Part shown: positions 35,975 to 49,207 of the stretch, one piece after another
Layout of the letters: every line of letters begins with the position of its first letter
How positions within the stretch are numbered: the stretch's first letter is position 1
NCBI RefSeq assembly: GCF_030028105.1
Contig: NC_092370.1
Span: 108,700,793 to 108,764,792 of the forward strand
Length of the DNA: 64,000 nt
Direction: 5' to 3'
Origin: Mobula birostris
Taxonomy: Eukaryota
Made by a program: the position numbers and the translations under genes
The notes under the pieces: generated by a model
What the model saw: only the letters and a program-made list of their open reading frames with translations
Database searches by the model: none
Told to the model about the DNA's origin: nothing

Positions 35975-37773
35975 AGGTGGCGCTGATAAGTGGCAACTCT
36001 GCGTGCGGCTTTAATAGGAATCATCAAACATTCGAATCAGAACGACTACAGCTGAAATTCACAGTCACAAGCATGGGTATTTAAAACATCTGAAAAAACT
36101 ATTGATACTTAATTGCAGTGATATCAGCGGACCCTGGAAAGGAGACTTGTGTCACGAGAGCAGTTCCCCTTTAAGAAAACAGAAGGGGGATGGCGCGCTG
36201 GTTTACAGGTACAACTGGAAATACCAAGTTCCTATACCACCACTCTTGACTCCTGCTAGTGAATGTACAGTCTCTTAAAATAAAATTGAGGACCCAAGAG
36301 CGAGATTGGTTTACCAGAGGGACATGAGGGATTGCTGTGTACTTTGCTTCATGGAATCATGGCTGTCCCCTGCCATTTCAGACACAGTGTTGTAGCCCAA
36401 TGGCTTCATCATTCTGCATGAAAACAGGACCGCTCAGTCTTCCATAGGCGGAGTAGGTTTTATGATTGATGGTGCCAATGAACAACACAGCTAACGGTGA
36501 CGTACTGCAGACTGTTCACAAAACTAATTCTTTAGCTACTTTCAGATATGATTCTAGTACTAAGCTGTATGCAACTAGAACCTGTGATTTACATTTTGAT
36601 GGTGTGGTGTTGCACTGATTAAGCATTCTGGCACCGTACTGTCTCTGAGAGAGTTTGGTGAGGTTGAAAGCGGAGTGGGTGGCCTGGAGAAGGGGCATGA
36701 GCTAATGCTTGGTTCCATTATTTCTCTCCAAAAGAGGCGTCGAGCAAGGTTGAAGTTGACAAAGATAAGAGCAGAGGATGGGTGTGTGTTGGGTGCCGCC
36801 TGCCTGCACTTGACAGGTCTTCTTCTCCCTCTTGCTAGCTGCTGTCAGAGGGAAGTGCAGGAGTCTTGGGATCCATGCCGCAAGGACTAATTGGTGAGGC
36901 TTGTGGCTGTGGTTTGTTTTGGGGGACTTTGAGGTTCACCTTGCATGTGTTTCTGGATTCTGGTTCCTCCTTGCTTTGCTGTTTTTGATCCGAGCATTCA
37001 ATGTGGACTGGGGTGCTCAGGTGAAGAATGGCTCTCTGGCCTGCAATTGGCCAGCAGCACTGTGCTGAACTGAACGAGACGGTATTATTGGACTCCTGGT
37101 TTGATAGTGTATGTGTTTTTCACCCACTTTTTGCCATTGGCACAATTTGTTCATTTTTCACGCGTTGGATGGTTGATATTTTCTTGAACGGGTACCATGG
37201 TGCTTCTTTGTTTTGTGACTGCCTGTGGGAGGATGAATCTCAAGAGTAGTATTCTGTATAATGTACTTTAAATCTTGGAAACTTTGAACCCCTTGTAGTG
37301 CACTGACATGGCAGTTCTGCTCACCCAACCTGGAACATCTGGTGGTCAAACATCCTCCTTTTTATCTGCCACAGAGTTCTCCGCCATCATCCTGGTGGCG
37401 GTATACAGTCCACCTCAGGCAAACATCAAGGAGGCACTGGAGGAACTGAGCTCCATAATCAACAGGCATGAAACAGTACACCTTGATGCCTTCCCATTCA
37501 TTCCCACTTCTTGCCAGGCTAGCTTGAAGAAGTCACCGAACATCCACTAACATATCGCCTATGGACCCAGAGGAGCCAATACACTTGATCAGTGTTATAT
37601 CATCATCAAAAATGCTTACCATGACATCCCATGCTAACTCTTTGGAAAGTCCAACCACCTGGCTGTACTTCTACTCCTAGCAGAGACTAAAGAACACAGC
37701 ACTACTGGTGAAGACCAAGAAGGTATGGTCAAGTAAGGTGGAGGAGTGCTTACAGGACTGCTTTGAGTCAGTG
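35975..37773 (+). mobile_element. Rex1/Babar-like LINE 5' part (endonuclease), interrupted at 36468-37290
   Basis: NKIED.RARL.YQRDMRDCCVLCFMESWL, then after the insert EFSAIILVAVYSPPQAN..EALEEL, TRGANTLD and LQDCFESV. Confidence 0.8.
36468..37290 (+). mobile_element. ~0.82 kb non-coding retroelement, copy 1
   Basis: Colinear similarity with 48352-49207. Ends in a LINE-type tail (gatgaatctca...aatgtacttt...ctttgaac). Confidence 0.7.
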
Positions 37774-38990
37774 AACACAAAATAATCTGCAGATACTGGG
37801 ATCAAAGCAACACTCACAACACACTGGAGGAACTCAGCAGGTCAGGCAGCATCCGTGGAAACGATGAGTTGATGTTTCGGGCCGGAACCCTTTGTCAGGA
37901 CTGAAGACGGAAGGGGCAGAGGCCCTATAAAGAAGGCGGGGGAGGGTTGGAAGGAGAAGTCTGGTAGGTTCAGTTGAAAAACCAGTAATTTGAAAGACAA
38001 AGGGGTGGAGGAGGGGAAGCAGCGAGGTGATAGGCAGGAAAACAATGGGTAGTAGAAGGAGACGGAACCATGAGGGAGGTGGTAGGCAGCTGGGGGAGGG
38101 GGCAGAGTGACATAGGGATAGAGGAAAGAAGGGGGAGGAAATTACCGGAAGTTGGGGAATTCTATGTTCATACCAAAGGGCTGGAGACTACCTCGATGGT
38201 ATATGAGGTGTTGCTCCTCCAACCTGAGTTTAGCCTCATCATGGCAGTAGAGGAGGTCATGTATGGACATATCTGAATGGGAATGGGAAGCAGAGCTGAA
38301 GTGGGTGGCTACCGGGAGATCCTGTCTGTTTTGGCGGACGGAGCGGAGGTGCTCGACTAAGTGGTCCCCCAATCTGCATCGGGTTTCACCAATGTAGGGG
38401 AGGCTGCACCGGGAGCACCGGATGCAATAGATGACCCCAACAGACTCACAAGTGAAGTGTTGTCTCACCTGGAAGGACTGTTTGGGGCCCTGAATGGCGG
38501 CAAGAGAGGAGGTGTAGGGACAGGTGTAGCACTTACGCTTACAGGGATAAGTGCCAGGTGGGAGATCTGTGGGGAGGGACAGATGGCTGCGGAAAGCGGA
38601 GAGGGGTGGAGAAGGAACGATGTGCTTAGTGGTGGGGTCCTGTTGAAGGTGGCGGAAGTTGCAGAGGATAATGTACTGGATCCGGAGGCTGGTGCCATTC
38701 CCTATCTCAGTTCCTCCGTCTCCACGGCATCTGCTCCAAGGATGAGACTTTCTGTTCTAGGACATCTCAAATGTCCTCTTTCTTTAAGGATCGTGGTTTC
38801 CCTTCTACCGTCATCAATGATGCCCTCACCCGCATCTCCTCCATTTCCCGCACTTCAGCCCTCACCCCATCCTCCCGCCACCACAACAGGGACAGAGTAC
38901 CCCTTGTCCTCACCTACCACCCCACCAGCCTCCGGATCTAGCACATTATCCTCCGCTACTTCCGGCACCTTCAACAAGACCCCACCAACT
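37774..38990 (-). mobile_element. Penelope-like retroelement (GIY-YIG endonuclease) with inverted 5' segment
   Basis: ORF 38142-38468(-): FTCESVGVIYCIRCSRCSLPYIGETRCRL...EHLRS...PVATHF...LEEQHLI...GMN. Hammerhead-like motif at 37866-37903(-). 38696-38990 is inverted relative to the rest. Confidence 0.92.
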
Positions 38991-39419
38991 GAGGATAAGT
39001 AAGTAGCCAGAATTATTGGAAGGATATGGGAATTGATAAAGTTTACAATGTACAAATACACCATAGAGGAACATAAAACCAAGGCTGACATGAATAATAG
39101 TTCTCTTGTGTTGGACTTGTTTAGATGGTCTTTAAATGGTTTTGTGGATGAACTATTTTAATAAGTAGGTTTGACCATTGAACTGCCACATTTAATGATG
39201 CAGGCTCCACTTCATCCTCCTTTGGAATGTCTGTGGCACAGTCAAGAAGCCACAACTTTTAACTGACCAATGATAGCACTACAATGTACTCACAAGAAAT
39301 TCTGCAAATACTGGAAATCCAGAGCAGCACACACAAAATGCTGGAGGAATTCAATAGATCAGGTAGCATCTATGGAACGGAGTAAAGAGTCGGCATTTCA
39401 GGCTGATGAAACATTACAA

Positions 39420-40478
39420 CATCCCAAAGGAACCAAACTAAAAAGCTGATTATTGACTACTGGGAGAGGAAACAGGAGGCCCATGAGCCAAACCTCACCA
39501 GAGGATCAGAGGTGGAGAGGGTCAGTAACTTTAAATTCCTCGACGAAGATCTGTCCTGGAAACAGAACGTTAGTGCCATTACAATGAAGACACAGCATGC
39601 CTCTACTTTTTTAGAAGTCTGCAAAGCTTTGGCATGCCATATAAAACTTTGGTAAACTTCTATAGTTGCAGAGTGGAGAGTTTCCTGACTGGTTGCATGA
39701 CAGCCTGGTATGGAAACACCAATGCCCTTTAAAAGAAAACCCTACAAAAAGTAGTGGATACAGCCTAGTCCATCACAGGCAAAACCCTCCCCACCATTGA
39801 GTACATCTATAAAGAGCGCTGTCACAAAAAAGCAGCACTGATCATCAAGGACCCCCACCTTCCAGGCCATGATCTCTTCTCGCTGCTACCACTGGGAAGG
39901 AGGTACAGGAGACACCACCACCAGCTTCAGTAACAATTTCCACCTCCAACCACCAAGTTCCTGAACCAGAGTGGATAACTTCACTCACTTCAACACTGAA
40001 CTGATTCCACAAACAAGAGAAAATCTGCAGATGCTGGAAATCTGAGCAACACACACGAGTCACGCCGAAGGGTTTCGGCCTGAAATGTCGATTGTACTCT
40101 TTTCCATTTGTTCTGCTGAAGGGTTTCAGCCCGAAGTGTTGACTGTACACTTTTCCATAGATGCTGCCTGGCCTGCTGAGTTCCTCCAGCATTCTGTATG
40201 TGCTGTCCACAAACTATGGACTCACTTTTAAGGATTCTACAACTTAAGTTCTCAATATAATTTATTAATCATTTAGTTACTATTACAATTGTTTTTTTTC
40301 TTTTTGTATTTGCACAATTTGTTGCCTTCTGCACATTATTTGTTTGTCTGTCTTGGTGTGTAGTCTTTCATTGATTATTTTGTGTTTCTTTGTATCTACT
40401 GTAAAAAATTAATCTCAGGGTAGTATATGGTGACTTATATGTACTTTGATAATAAATGTATCTTGAACTTTGAACTTC
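39420..40478 (+). mobile_element. Rex1/Babar-like LINE 3' part with a nested Penelope-derived insert
   Basis: GSEVERVSNFKFL and NFYSCRVESFLTGCMTAWYGN motifs. Tail gataataaatgtatcttgaactttgaac. Confidence 0.8.
40015..40205. mobile_element. Penelope-derived composite insertion with two tandem hammerhead-like motifs and 9-bp TSD
   Basis: TSD tccacaaac at 40006-40014 and 40206-40214. Motifs gccgaagggtttcggcctgaaatgtcgatt and CTGCTGAagggtttcagcccGAAgtgttgact. Confidence 0.8.
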
Positions 40479-41780
40479 AGTCTTGTATTTGGCATCCTTT
40501 CCTCAGAATTTGACACTGTGCCTCCAATAATGTTTTTGAGAAAGCTATATGGTACCTTTCAGGACACCCAAAGGATCATTAAAGTTTTTGAACATTACAC
40601 TCTAATAAAGTAGAAAGAAAGGCTATTTTAGTGAAGCTCACAAGCAATGCAAAACAAACAGATAATGTAATGTTCTTGGTCTTCTTTGGAATGGTATGAT
40701 GGGATAATTTACAATCTGTAGTCAGGTAATACCTTATCCAAAAGGTGGCATCTCTGCCTGTGTTCCATTACCTTGTTATTTCGGTGTTCTGGTGTCTGTC
40801 CTCAGGTCCCGGCTGTAACAACTAAATCTACAACCCTGTGACTCTCAGTACATTCCAACAACTGAGCCCTGAAAAAAAAGCAGTGGTACAACCTGAACTA
40901 TTGACTTTCTTAACTCTGCATTTCTTAATTCTACTTTTCACCACCTGTCTATTTTATCCTACAGAGTCCTATAAATAAAGCTAAAAATATTGCTGAAAGT
41001 AAGTTCTCTCTGGACAGTAAAGAAATGAAACAGAGAATGCTGTGAACTCTATCGGCTCCACCAGTTGATGTGTGAGAAATAAGCATGTTAAATTTTCAAA
41101 CGGACAGCCTTTGTTAAAACTGCTTTCTTTATTTTTGCTTTATTTCAAACAGCTGCCTTGATTTCTAAAAATAGCCCAAAGCCTAACTCAATACCCTAAC
41201 CAATCAATATATGTTCTGAGATAACATATTAAAAGTGAAGTGATAATAACCGCAAGGTATTTGTGTGTCGTATTTCCTATGTAACTTCATAAACAATCCA
41301 GAATCTTTGAATTGTTTTTGAAATTCTAAGATCATGACAAGAGCTAGAATAAATGCACCATTTCTTAAATACGCTGCTGATTTGAAAGGTAACAACACAA
41401 TTGTTTTTATTAAAGGCCTTTTAGATCAAAACCAGGAATTTGAACTACATGTTGCTTTCCCAAACTAACTCATAACTTGCACTACCAAACTGCCTACATA
41501 TGACAATGAAATATATTGATGATAAAATTAGTTATTGAACATGCAAAGAACAAAGGCCTTATGGCATCAAGAAGACAGCCACAATACACAATAAAAATGT
41601 GGCACGGGGCATGGCACTGCATAGAATATATAATACACAAAGTGCATAGAACTGGCAATTGGTTCTCAAAATCTGGGCAGCAAAATTTTGATCAATAGTG
41701 GAGGTTCCTTGGAAACTATGAAAATGAAGTAGTACCAAAATGGACCCTGTTTTGCATGAGATATTACTAACGCATGAGTT

Positions 41781-42705
41781 TTACGGCCTGGATGTCGGGG
41801 TAGAAGGGTGGGTTGGCAAATTTGCAGATGACACAAGGGTTGGTGGTGTTGTAGATAGTGTAGAGGATTGTCAAAGATTGCAGAGAGACATTGATAGGAT
41901 GCAGAAGTGGGCTGAGAAGTGGCAGATGGAGTTCAACCCGGAGAAGTGTGAGGTGGTACACTTTGGAAGGACAAATTCCAAAGTAAATGGCAGGATACTT
42001 GGTAGTGTGGAGGAGCAGAGGGATCTGGGGGTACATGTCCACAGAACCCTGTAAGTTGCCTCACAGGTGGATGGGGTAGTTAAGAAAGCTTATGGGGTGT
42101 TAGCTTTCATAAGTCGAGGGATAGAGTTTAAGAGTCGCGATGTAATGATGCAGCTCTATAAAACTCTGGTTAGGCCACACTTGGGGTATTGTGTCCAGTT
42201 CTGGTCGCCTCACTATAGGAAGGATGTGGAAGCATTGGAAAAGGTACAGAGGAGATTTACCAGGATGCTGCCTGGTTTAGAGAGTATGCATTATGACCAG
42301 AGATTAAGGGGGCTAGGGCTTTACTCTTTGAAGAGAAGGAGGTTGAGAAGAGAGATGATAGAGGTATACAAGATAATAAGAGGAATAGATAGAGTGGATA
42401 GCCAGCGCCTCTTCTCCAGGGCACCACTGCTCAATACAAGAGGAATGGCTTTAAGGTAAGGGGTGGGAAGTTCAAGGGGGATATTAGAGGAAGGTTTTTT
42501 ACTCAGAGAGTGGTTGGTGCGTGGAATGCACTGCCTGAGTCGGTGGTGGAGGCAGATACACTAGTGAAACTTAAGAGACTACTGGACAGGAATATGGAGG
42601 AATTTATTTTGGGGGCTTATATGGGAGGCAGGGTTTTAGGGTCGGCACAACATTGTGGGCCAAAGGGCCTGTAATGTGCTGTACTATTCTATGTTCTATG
42701 TTCTA
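41781..42705 (+). mobile_element. Young CR1 3' end
   Basis: KFADDTRVGG, WAEKWQMEFN, LVRPHLGYCVQFWSP. Tail (ttctatg)n. Possible TSD atgagtt at 41774-41780 and 42705-42711. Confidence 0.93.
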
Positions 42706-42857
42706 TGAGTTAAAGTTGTTAAAGATGTTAAAGTCGCATCTGACACTGTTTTGGTGAGAATGTTAGTACTTATGACACTAAGGTAATGCGCCAAATAAAT
42801 AGTTTCAGACATTACTGTGGACAAAACAGATTTTAAACCAATATTACTATTTAGCAT

Positions 42858-43300
42858 ATCAAAGTTCAAAGTAAATTTATTATCAAAGTATGTATACGTC
42901 ACCTTGACGTTCATTTTCTTGCAGGCATTCACAGTAAGACAAAGAAATACAATACAATAGAATCAATGAAAATCTACACACTAACAAGCAATGTGTAAAA
43001 GAAGGCAAACTTTGCAAATTTAAAAAAAGTAAATAAATAATACTGAGAATGTGAGTTGTAGAGTCCGTAAAAGTGAGTGCATTGGTTGTGGAATCAGTTC
43101 ATAGTTGAGATGAGAACCACATTGGTTCAGGAGCCTGATGGTTGAAAGGTAGTAACTATTCCTGAACTTGGTGGTGTGAGACCCAAGGTTCTTGTATGTC
43201 CTTCTCAATGGTAGCAGTGCGAAGAGAGCATGTCCTGGGTGGTGGGGGACCTTAATAATGGATGCTGTTTTCCTGTGACAGCACTCCTTGAAGACCTGCC
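42858..43300 (-). mobile_element. Rex1/Babar-like LINE 3' end
   Basis: KTASIIKVPHHPGHALFALLP.RRTYKNL...FRNSYY..TIRLLN. Tail (tttgaac). Confidence 0.8.
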
Positions 43301-43498
43301 CAATGGTATAATATTTTGGCTCATATACTGTTTTAACCTCACTGCCAAGTATGAATGCAGTAGCAGAAAAAAACTCCCACAAACATTACTGAAAGGGATC
43401 ATCAATCCTTTTCAGGATAGTAGCTGATAAATTCCTTGGCGGTGTTATTATTACACAAATATTTTGTGGTTTCTAAAGTTTAGTGTGCATCCACTGAA

Positions 43499-44872
43499 TA
43501 ATGTTCCCTCTAATTTTTTTTAGAGCTGTGCAGACCAACAGCAGGAAATTTTTACAGGACCTGAAAACGGTGTGGCACATTAAATGTTTTTTTTTCATAA
43601 TATGCATATGTTACTTTATACTTTATTGTCACCAAACAATTGATACTACAGCGTACAATCACCACAGCGATATTTGATTCTGCTCTTCGTGCTCCCTGGA
43701 GTGCAAATCGATAGTAAATATTAAAAATTTAAATTATAAATCATAAATAGAAAATAGAAAAGGGAAAGTAAGGTAGTGCAAAATAACCAAGAGGCAGGTC
43801 CGGATATTTGGAGGGTATGGCCCAGATCCGGGTCAGGATCCATTCAGCAATCTTATCACAGTTGGAAAGAAGCTGTTCCCAAATCTGGCCATACAAGTCT
43901 TCAAGCACCTGAGCCTTCTCCCGGAGGGAAGAGGGACAAAAAATGTGTTGGCTGGGTGGGCCATGTCCTTGATTATCCTTGATTATCCTGGCAGCACTGC
44001 TCCGACAGCATGCAGTGTAAGGTGAGTCCAAGGATGGAAGATTGGTTTGTGTGATGTGCTGTGCTGTGTTCACGATCTTCTGCAGCTTCTTCCGGTCTTG
44101 GACAGGACAACTTCCATACCAGGTTGTGATGCACCACAGAAGAATGCTTTCTACGGTGCACCTATAAAAATTAGTGAGTGTTTTAGGGGACAGGCCAAAT
44201 TTCCTTAGCTTCCTCAGGAAGTAAATGTGCTGGTGGGCCTTCTTGGCAGTGGACTCTGCTTGATTGGACCAAGTCAGGTCATTTGTGATATTGACCCTGA
44301 GGAATTTAAAGCTTTTGACCTGTTCCGCTTGCGCACCACCGATGTAAATGGGGTGGTGCGGTCCGCTACTCCTTCTGAAGTCAACAAGCAATTCCTTCCT
44401 CTTGCTGACATTAAGGGATAGGTTATTGTTGTGTCATCAGCAAACTTATATATTGAGTTTGATGGAAACTTGGCTACACAATCATGAGTGTACAGTGAGT
44501 ACAGCAGGGGGCTGAGTACACAGCCCCGTGGGACACCGGTGCTCAGAGTGATTGTAGAGGAGAGCTTGTCCCCTATTTTTACAGCCTGGGTCCTATCTGT
44601 GAGGAAGTTGAAGATCCAGCTGCAGATCTGGGTGCTAAGGCCCAGGTTCCTTATCTATGAATATACAGAATGAAAACTGAAAAATCACAAACTTTTGATT
44701 TGATTTATTCATTGAAGGGTAGAATTAAATACAGTACAAAGAAATTCTTTCATGTTTTGTAAACTTTTTCTTGTCTCTCTTTATTCCAGCTATGTGGCAA
44801 CAAAGGTTAGGTGTGCGAGAGCATTTTATTTATTGCATGTCCACGCACCCATGCAGCTTAGAGGTAACAGTG
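43499..44872. mobile_element. Non-autonomous hAT-type DNA transposon carrying a nested LINE
   Basis: TIRs taatgttccctctaa and ttagaggtaacagtg match 12/15. Perfect 8-bp TSD ccactgaa at 43491-43498 and 44873-44880. Confidence 0.85.
43612..44650 (-). mobile_element. Rex1/Babar-like LINE nested in the hAT element
   Basis: ORF 43741-44391(-): VKSFKFL...NDLTWS...YFLRKLRKFG...FYRCTVESIL..CITTWYG. Confidence 0.88.
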
Positions 44873-45454
44873 CCACTGAAGGATATACTCCTAATTTTTA
44901 GACATGCAGAAACAAGCAACTTCTGGACTAGTGCACAGGTCAAAATTTCCCTTCAATTATGGTACAATGGGGAGACCAGGCAAAAGGCACACTGTTCAAC
45001 CTGAGAGAAGGGTGGGAAGATGTCTGAGAAGGACTAACATACACCAAGATTTTATGGAACAATTTTCCTGCTAATGAGGAACAACATGTGAGTCGTTGGT
45101 GAATCTATCACCTCCTGAAGACATAATTTCCAATCAGAGAAAGGATCTTATTATCAGTGTGAGTCAAAGTGTCCATGCCTCTGAAATTTTAGTGAACTCA
45201 GGATGAAGTTGATGATACCTGTAGCATTTCATTTTGTTGTCAAATGTTTCAATGAAAACACAGCAAAGTTTTATTTTCAAAGATAGCCAGCTACATTTCA
45301 TTCTTGCTTTCAAAGAGCAACAGGAGAGTGAGTATATGGTTAGGTGAGTTTTGCAGATTACAATTTTATACAGAATATCATTCATATATTTTGTGAGTTC
45401 CCTTATCAACTTTGGGATATAGAGCAACATAAAGGGGTTCAACTACCTCAATAT

Positions 45455-46660
45455 AATCAGAATCAGGTTTAATATCAAAAACAAGAGAAAATCTGCAGAT
45501 GCTGGAAATCTGAGCAACACACACAAAATATGGAGGAACTCAGCACATCAGGAAGTATTTACGGAAAAAAATACAGTCGACATTTCGGGCTGAAACCCTT
45601 CAGCAGGACTGTTTTAATATCACGGGCATATGTCAAGAAACTTGTTGTTTTGCAACAGCGGTACTTTGCAATACATAATCATAATAAATATAAATTACAA
45701 TAAGAGATATATATAAAAAATAAAATTAAATATGTAGCGAAAACGTAGGAAAACATAGTGATGTAGCATTCGTACATTCATTGTTCATTCAGAAATCTGA
45801 TGGCGGAGGGGAAAAAGCTGTTCCTGTAATGTTTAGTATGTGCCTTCAGGCTTCTATACCTCTTCCTTGATGGTAGCAACGAGAAGGGGGCACGTCCTGG
45901 GTGATGGGAGTCCTCAATGATGAATGCCGCCTTTTTGAGGCTCCGCCTTTTAAAGATGTCCTTGAGGTTGGAGAGGCTAGTGCCCATAATGGAGCTGGCA
46001 GAGTTTATAACTTACTGCAGCTTTCTCTGATCTTGTACAATGGCCCCTCCATACTAGACAGTGATGCAACCAGATAGAATGCTCTCCATGGTACAACTGT
46101 TGAATTGTTCAAGTGATTTTGGTGAGATACCAAACTTCCTCAAACTTCTAATGAAATATAGCCATCATCATGCCTTCTTTGTAACTGCATCAATATGTTG
46201 GACCCAGGATAAATTTTCGGAGATGTCAACACCCAGGAACTTGAAACTGCTCACCCTTTCCACTGCTGATCCCTTGATGAGGGCTGCTGTGTGTTCCCTT
46301 GACTTCACCTGCTTGAAGTCCACAATCAATTTGTTGATCTTACCGATGTTGTGTGCAAGGTGTTTGTTGTGACACCACTCAACCTGCTCATCTACTTCAC
46401 TCCTGTATGCTTCCACATCACCACCTGAAATTCTGCCAACAAAAGTTGTATTATCAGCAAATTTATAGACGGTGTTTGATCTGTGACGAGCCACATAATC
46501 GTTAGTATAGACCGAGTAGGACAGGGGGGTAAGCACACATCTTTGAGGTGTGCCAGTGCTGAATGTCTGCGAGGAGGTACAGTGGACCAGGCTTTGGAGC
46601 ATCTTGATTATAACTGATGGCATGATAACGTTGAATGCTCAGCAGTAATCAATAAAAGCA
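45455..46660 (-). mobile_element. Rex1/Babar-like LINE 3' part
   Basis: ORF 46168-46623(-): GTPQRCVLTPL.YS.YTND...KFADNT. ORF 45778-45987(-) is the C-terminus. Tail (aatcag)n. Confidence 0.85.
45478..45612 (-). mobile_element. Penelope-terminus short insertion with hammerhead-like motif and 10-bp TSD
   Basis: TSD tttaatatca at 45468-45477 and 45613-45622. Minus strand reads acagtc-CTGCTGA-agggtttcagccc-GAAAT-GTC-gactgt. Confidence 0.82.
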
Positions 46661-47374
46661 GCTTTGTAACCAATCATGTTGGCTTCATCCAAATGTTCCC
46701 TCCATCAGAGTTTGCAATGTGTCACACAGCAATGTACCAGACTGAACTCCAATGAATTAGATTTGCTGTGAGTCCGCCCATGGAACTGACATTGATTTGA
46801 TAAAGATCAAACAAAACCTGCATTCCTCTCTGAGGTTTATGATCTCACCTCTCATATTCCCACGTTGCCTATTAGAAAGCTAGCCTTCCCTGATTACGGC
46901 TGGACCGAAAAGTTGTGGTCTGAAAAGGGCCTCCTTGATTCTCATTATGGGTCGTCCAAGGCCATCCTTCTTCTCAGAAAATGAACAGTCTGTCATTTGT
47001 CATCCTACAGCATTGACTAGGAGCATCAGAATATGCAAAAGAACGTGAGCGGCAGGCTCAGAAAAGATGCACAAGTGTGATTATTTGATATCTCTTATGC
47101 AATATGGAATACTTTAGTTTTCATTTTTTTGTTGGTTTTGGCTGCAATTCTTCCATAGTGTCCAAGTAGACAGCAATCATAAGCAACAAGAAACAAAATG
47201 TAAGTTGTGGGAAGGATAATATTACATTTAAAGGTAATGCAGTGAAAACCATTTAGTGCATTAAACATGATAGAGCAGACCATTGGTCTGTCAATAACAT
47301 AACTGAACTATCTGAATCACTCAGGGAGAAGTCTGACATATTCAGCAGAGCCATAGTAATCATAATACACTATT

Positions 47375-47975
47375 GGACTATCAGGTCTCATGGTCTTTCC
47401 CTCCAAAGAGAAAAGCCCTAGCTCACTCAACTTTTCCTCATAAGATATGTTCTCAAATCCAGGTAGCATCCTGATACATCTCCTCTGCATCCTCTCTAAA
47501 GTTTTCACATCCTTCCTATAATGAGGCAACCAGAATTAAATACAATATTCCAAGTGTGGTCTCACCTGTCTTGTATAGAGCTGCAATATTACCTCACTGC
47601 TCTTGAACTCAATCCCACGAGTAATGAAGACCAACACACCATACACCTTCTTAACAACTCTACCAAACTGCATGGCAACTTTGAGAGATCTTGATGTGAA
47701 TCCCTCAAGATCTCTCTTTTTCTACACACTGCAGAGAGTCCTGCTGTTAACCCTTCAAAGTGAATACTATAACCACTTCACAATTTCTGCCACATCCCAG
47801 CCTAGCTCTGCATCCTATCAATATCCTACTGTAACATACAACACCCTTCTACACTATCCACAACACTGCCAACCTCCACATCATTGGCAAATTTACTAAC
47901 TCACCCTTCCACTTCCTTATCCCAAATCACTTACAAAAATCATAAAGAGCAGAGGTCCCAGAACAGATTCCCGTC
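47375..47975 (-). mobile_element. CR1 fragment
   Basis: PHYRKDVKTLERMQRR..RMLPG...LSELGLFSLE. Confidence 0.85.
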
Positions 47976-48351
47976 ACATAATCGTTAGTCTCAGTCATCC
48001 TTTTTTTTCCACTCATCTCCATATCTATAGACTTCCTTGGAGACCAGAAAATGTATTAATTTCGTATTCTGAATTTACTTAACAAATGGGCTTCAGTAGG
48101 CCTCGCTCAATAACTCCTCCTCTATAGTGAATCTAATTGTTAATTTATCTCTTATTGTCACCTATTGTTTGCCTTAGCTTCTTCACATAGAAACTCTTCT
48201 ACCCATACAAATTGTAATCCTGTTAATTAGACCATTACTTCTTTTACTATGTTACACAGGTTATATGGAGAGACAATACTTTTCTCATAATTATTTTATT
48301 TTTCTACACTGGCATTACCTTTTTATTATTAGTATTGTAATTATTTTCTGA

Positions 48352-49207
48352 AGATGGCCCTAGCGAACAACGCAACCAAAAGCGACATCCTTCAGACAGT
48401 TCACGAAACTGCTTCTTTTACTTCTTCTTTCAAATATGATTCTGCTACTATTGGAACCTGTGACTTACATTTCGATGGTGTGTTTTCATGCCGATTGAGC
48501 AATCTGGCTCTTTGTTGTTTCTGAGTGTGTGGCCTAGATGACAAGAAGCCTGGATACAGGGTGCATGCTCATGATCAACTCCATTTCTTGCTGATCTCGC
48601 TGATTAAAGCGTCCAGCAAGATTGAAATCGATGAGGGTGATAGTGGAAGGTGAGTGAGTGTTCAGCGGCGTTTGCCTGAATTTGACTGAACGCTCTCACT
48701 CACTGCTGCCAGAGGAAGGTGGTTGTGTTTGACCATTCTCTCTCTCTCTCTCTCCCCCCCTTTTGCTTGATGCTATCAGAGGACAGTGCCAGAGCATTGG
48801 GTCTTGGACAGGTTTAATTGATGCAGTTTGTGGATTGGACTCTGCAGTTCATGTTACACTGTGTTTCTGGTTTCTGATTACTCCTTTTTATTGCTATTTT
48901 GTGTGATTTTGATTGGGATGGAATGGCTCTGAGGCCTGTAGTCAACGAACAACACAGCACTGAATTGAGCTGAACTAAACAGAACCATCCTAGACTGCTT
49001 CAATGGTTTGATGTTTTATATTCTGTTTTTCACTCATTTTTTTTGCCACTTGCGCAATTTGTTCTCTTTTTTCTGCATTGGGTGTTAGATGATTTCTTTG
49101 AGCAGGTTCCATGGTGGTTCTTTATTTTATGCCTGTCCGTTGGAAGATGAATCTCAGGGCTGGAAACGGCATACATACTTTGATAATAAATGTACTTTGA
49201 ATCTTTG
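48352..49207 (+). mobile_element. ~0.85 kb non-coding retroelement, copy 2
   Basis: Starts aagatggccc, is colinear with 36468-37290, and ends gaatctcagggc...tttgataataaatgtactttgaatctttg. Confidence 0.7.

Noticed and set aside
38361-39002. 213-aa plus-strand ORF
   Set aside because: It is an antisense and off-frame reading across the Penelope inversion junction, not a host gene.
46849-47004. Minus-strand segment bounded by ag/gtgag, a candidate exon
   Set aside because: Stops in all three frames, weak polypyrimidine tract, no homology recognised.
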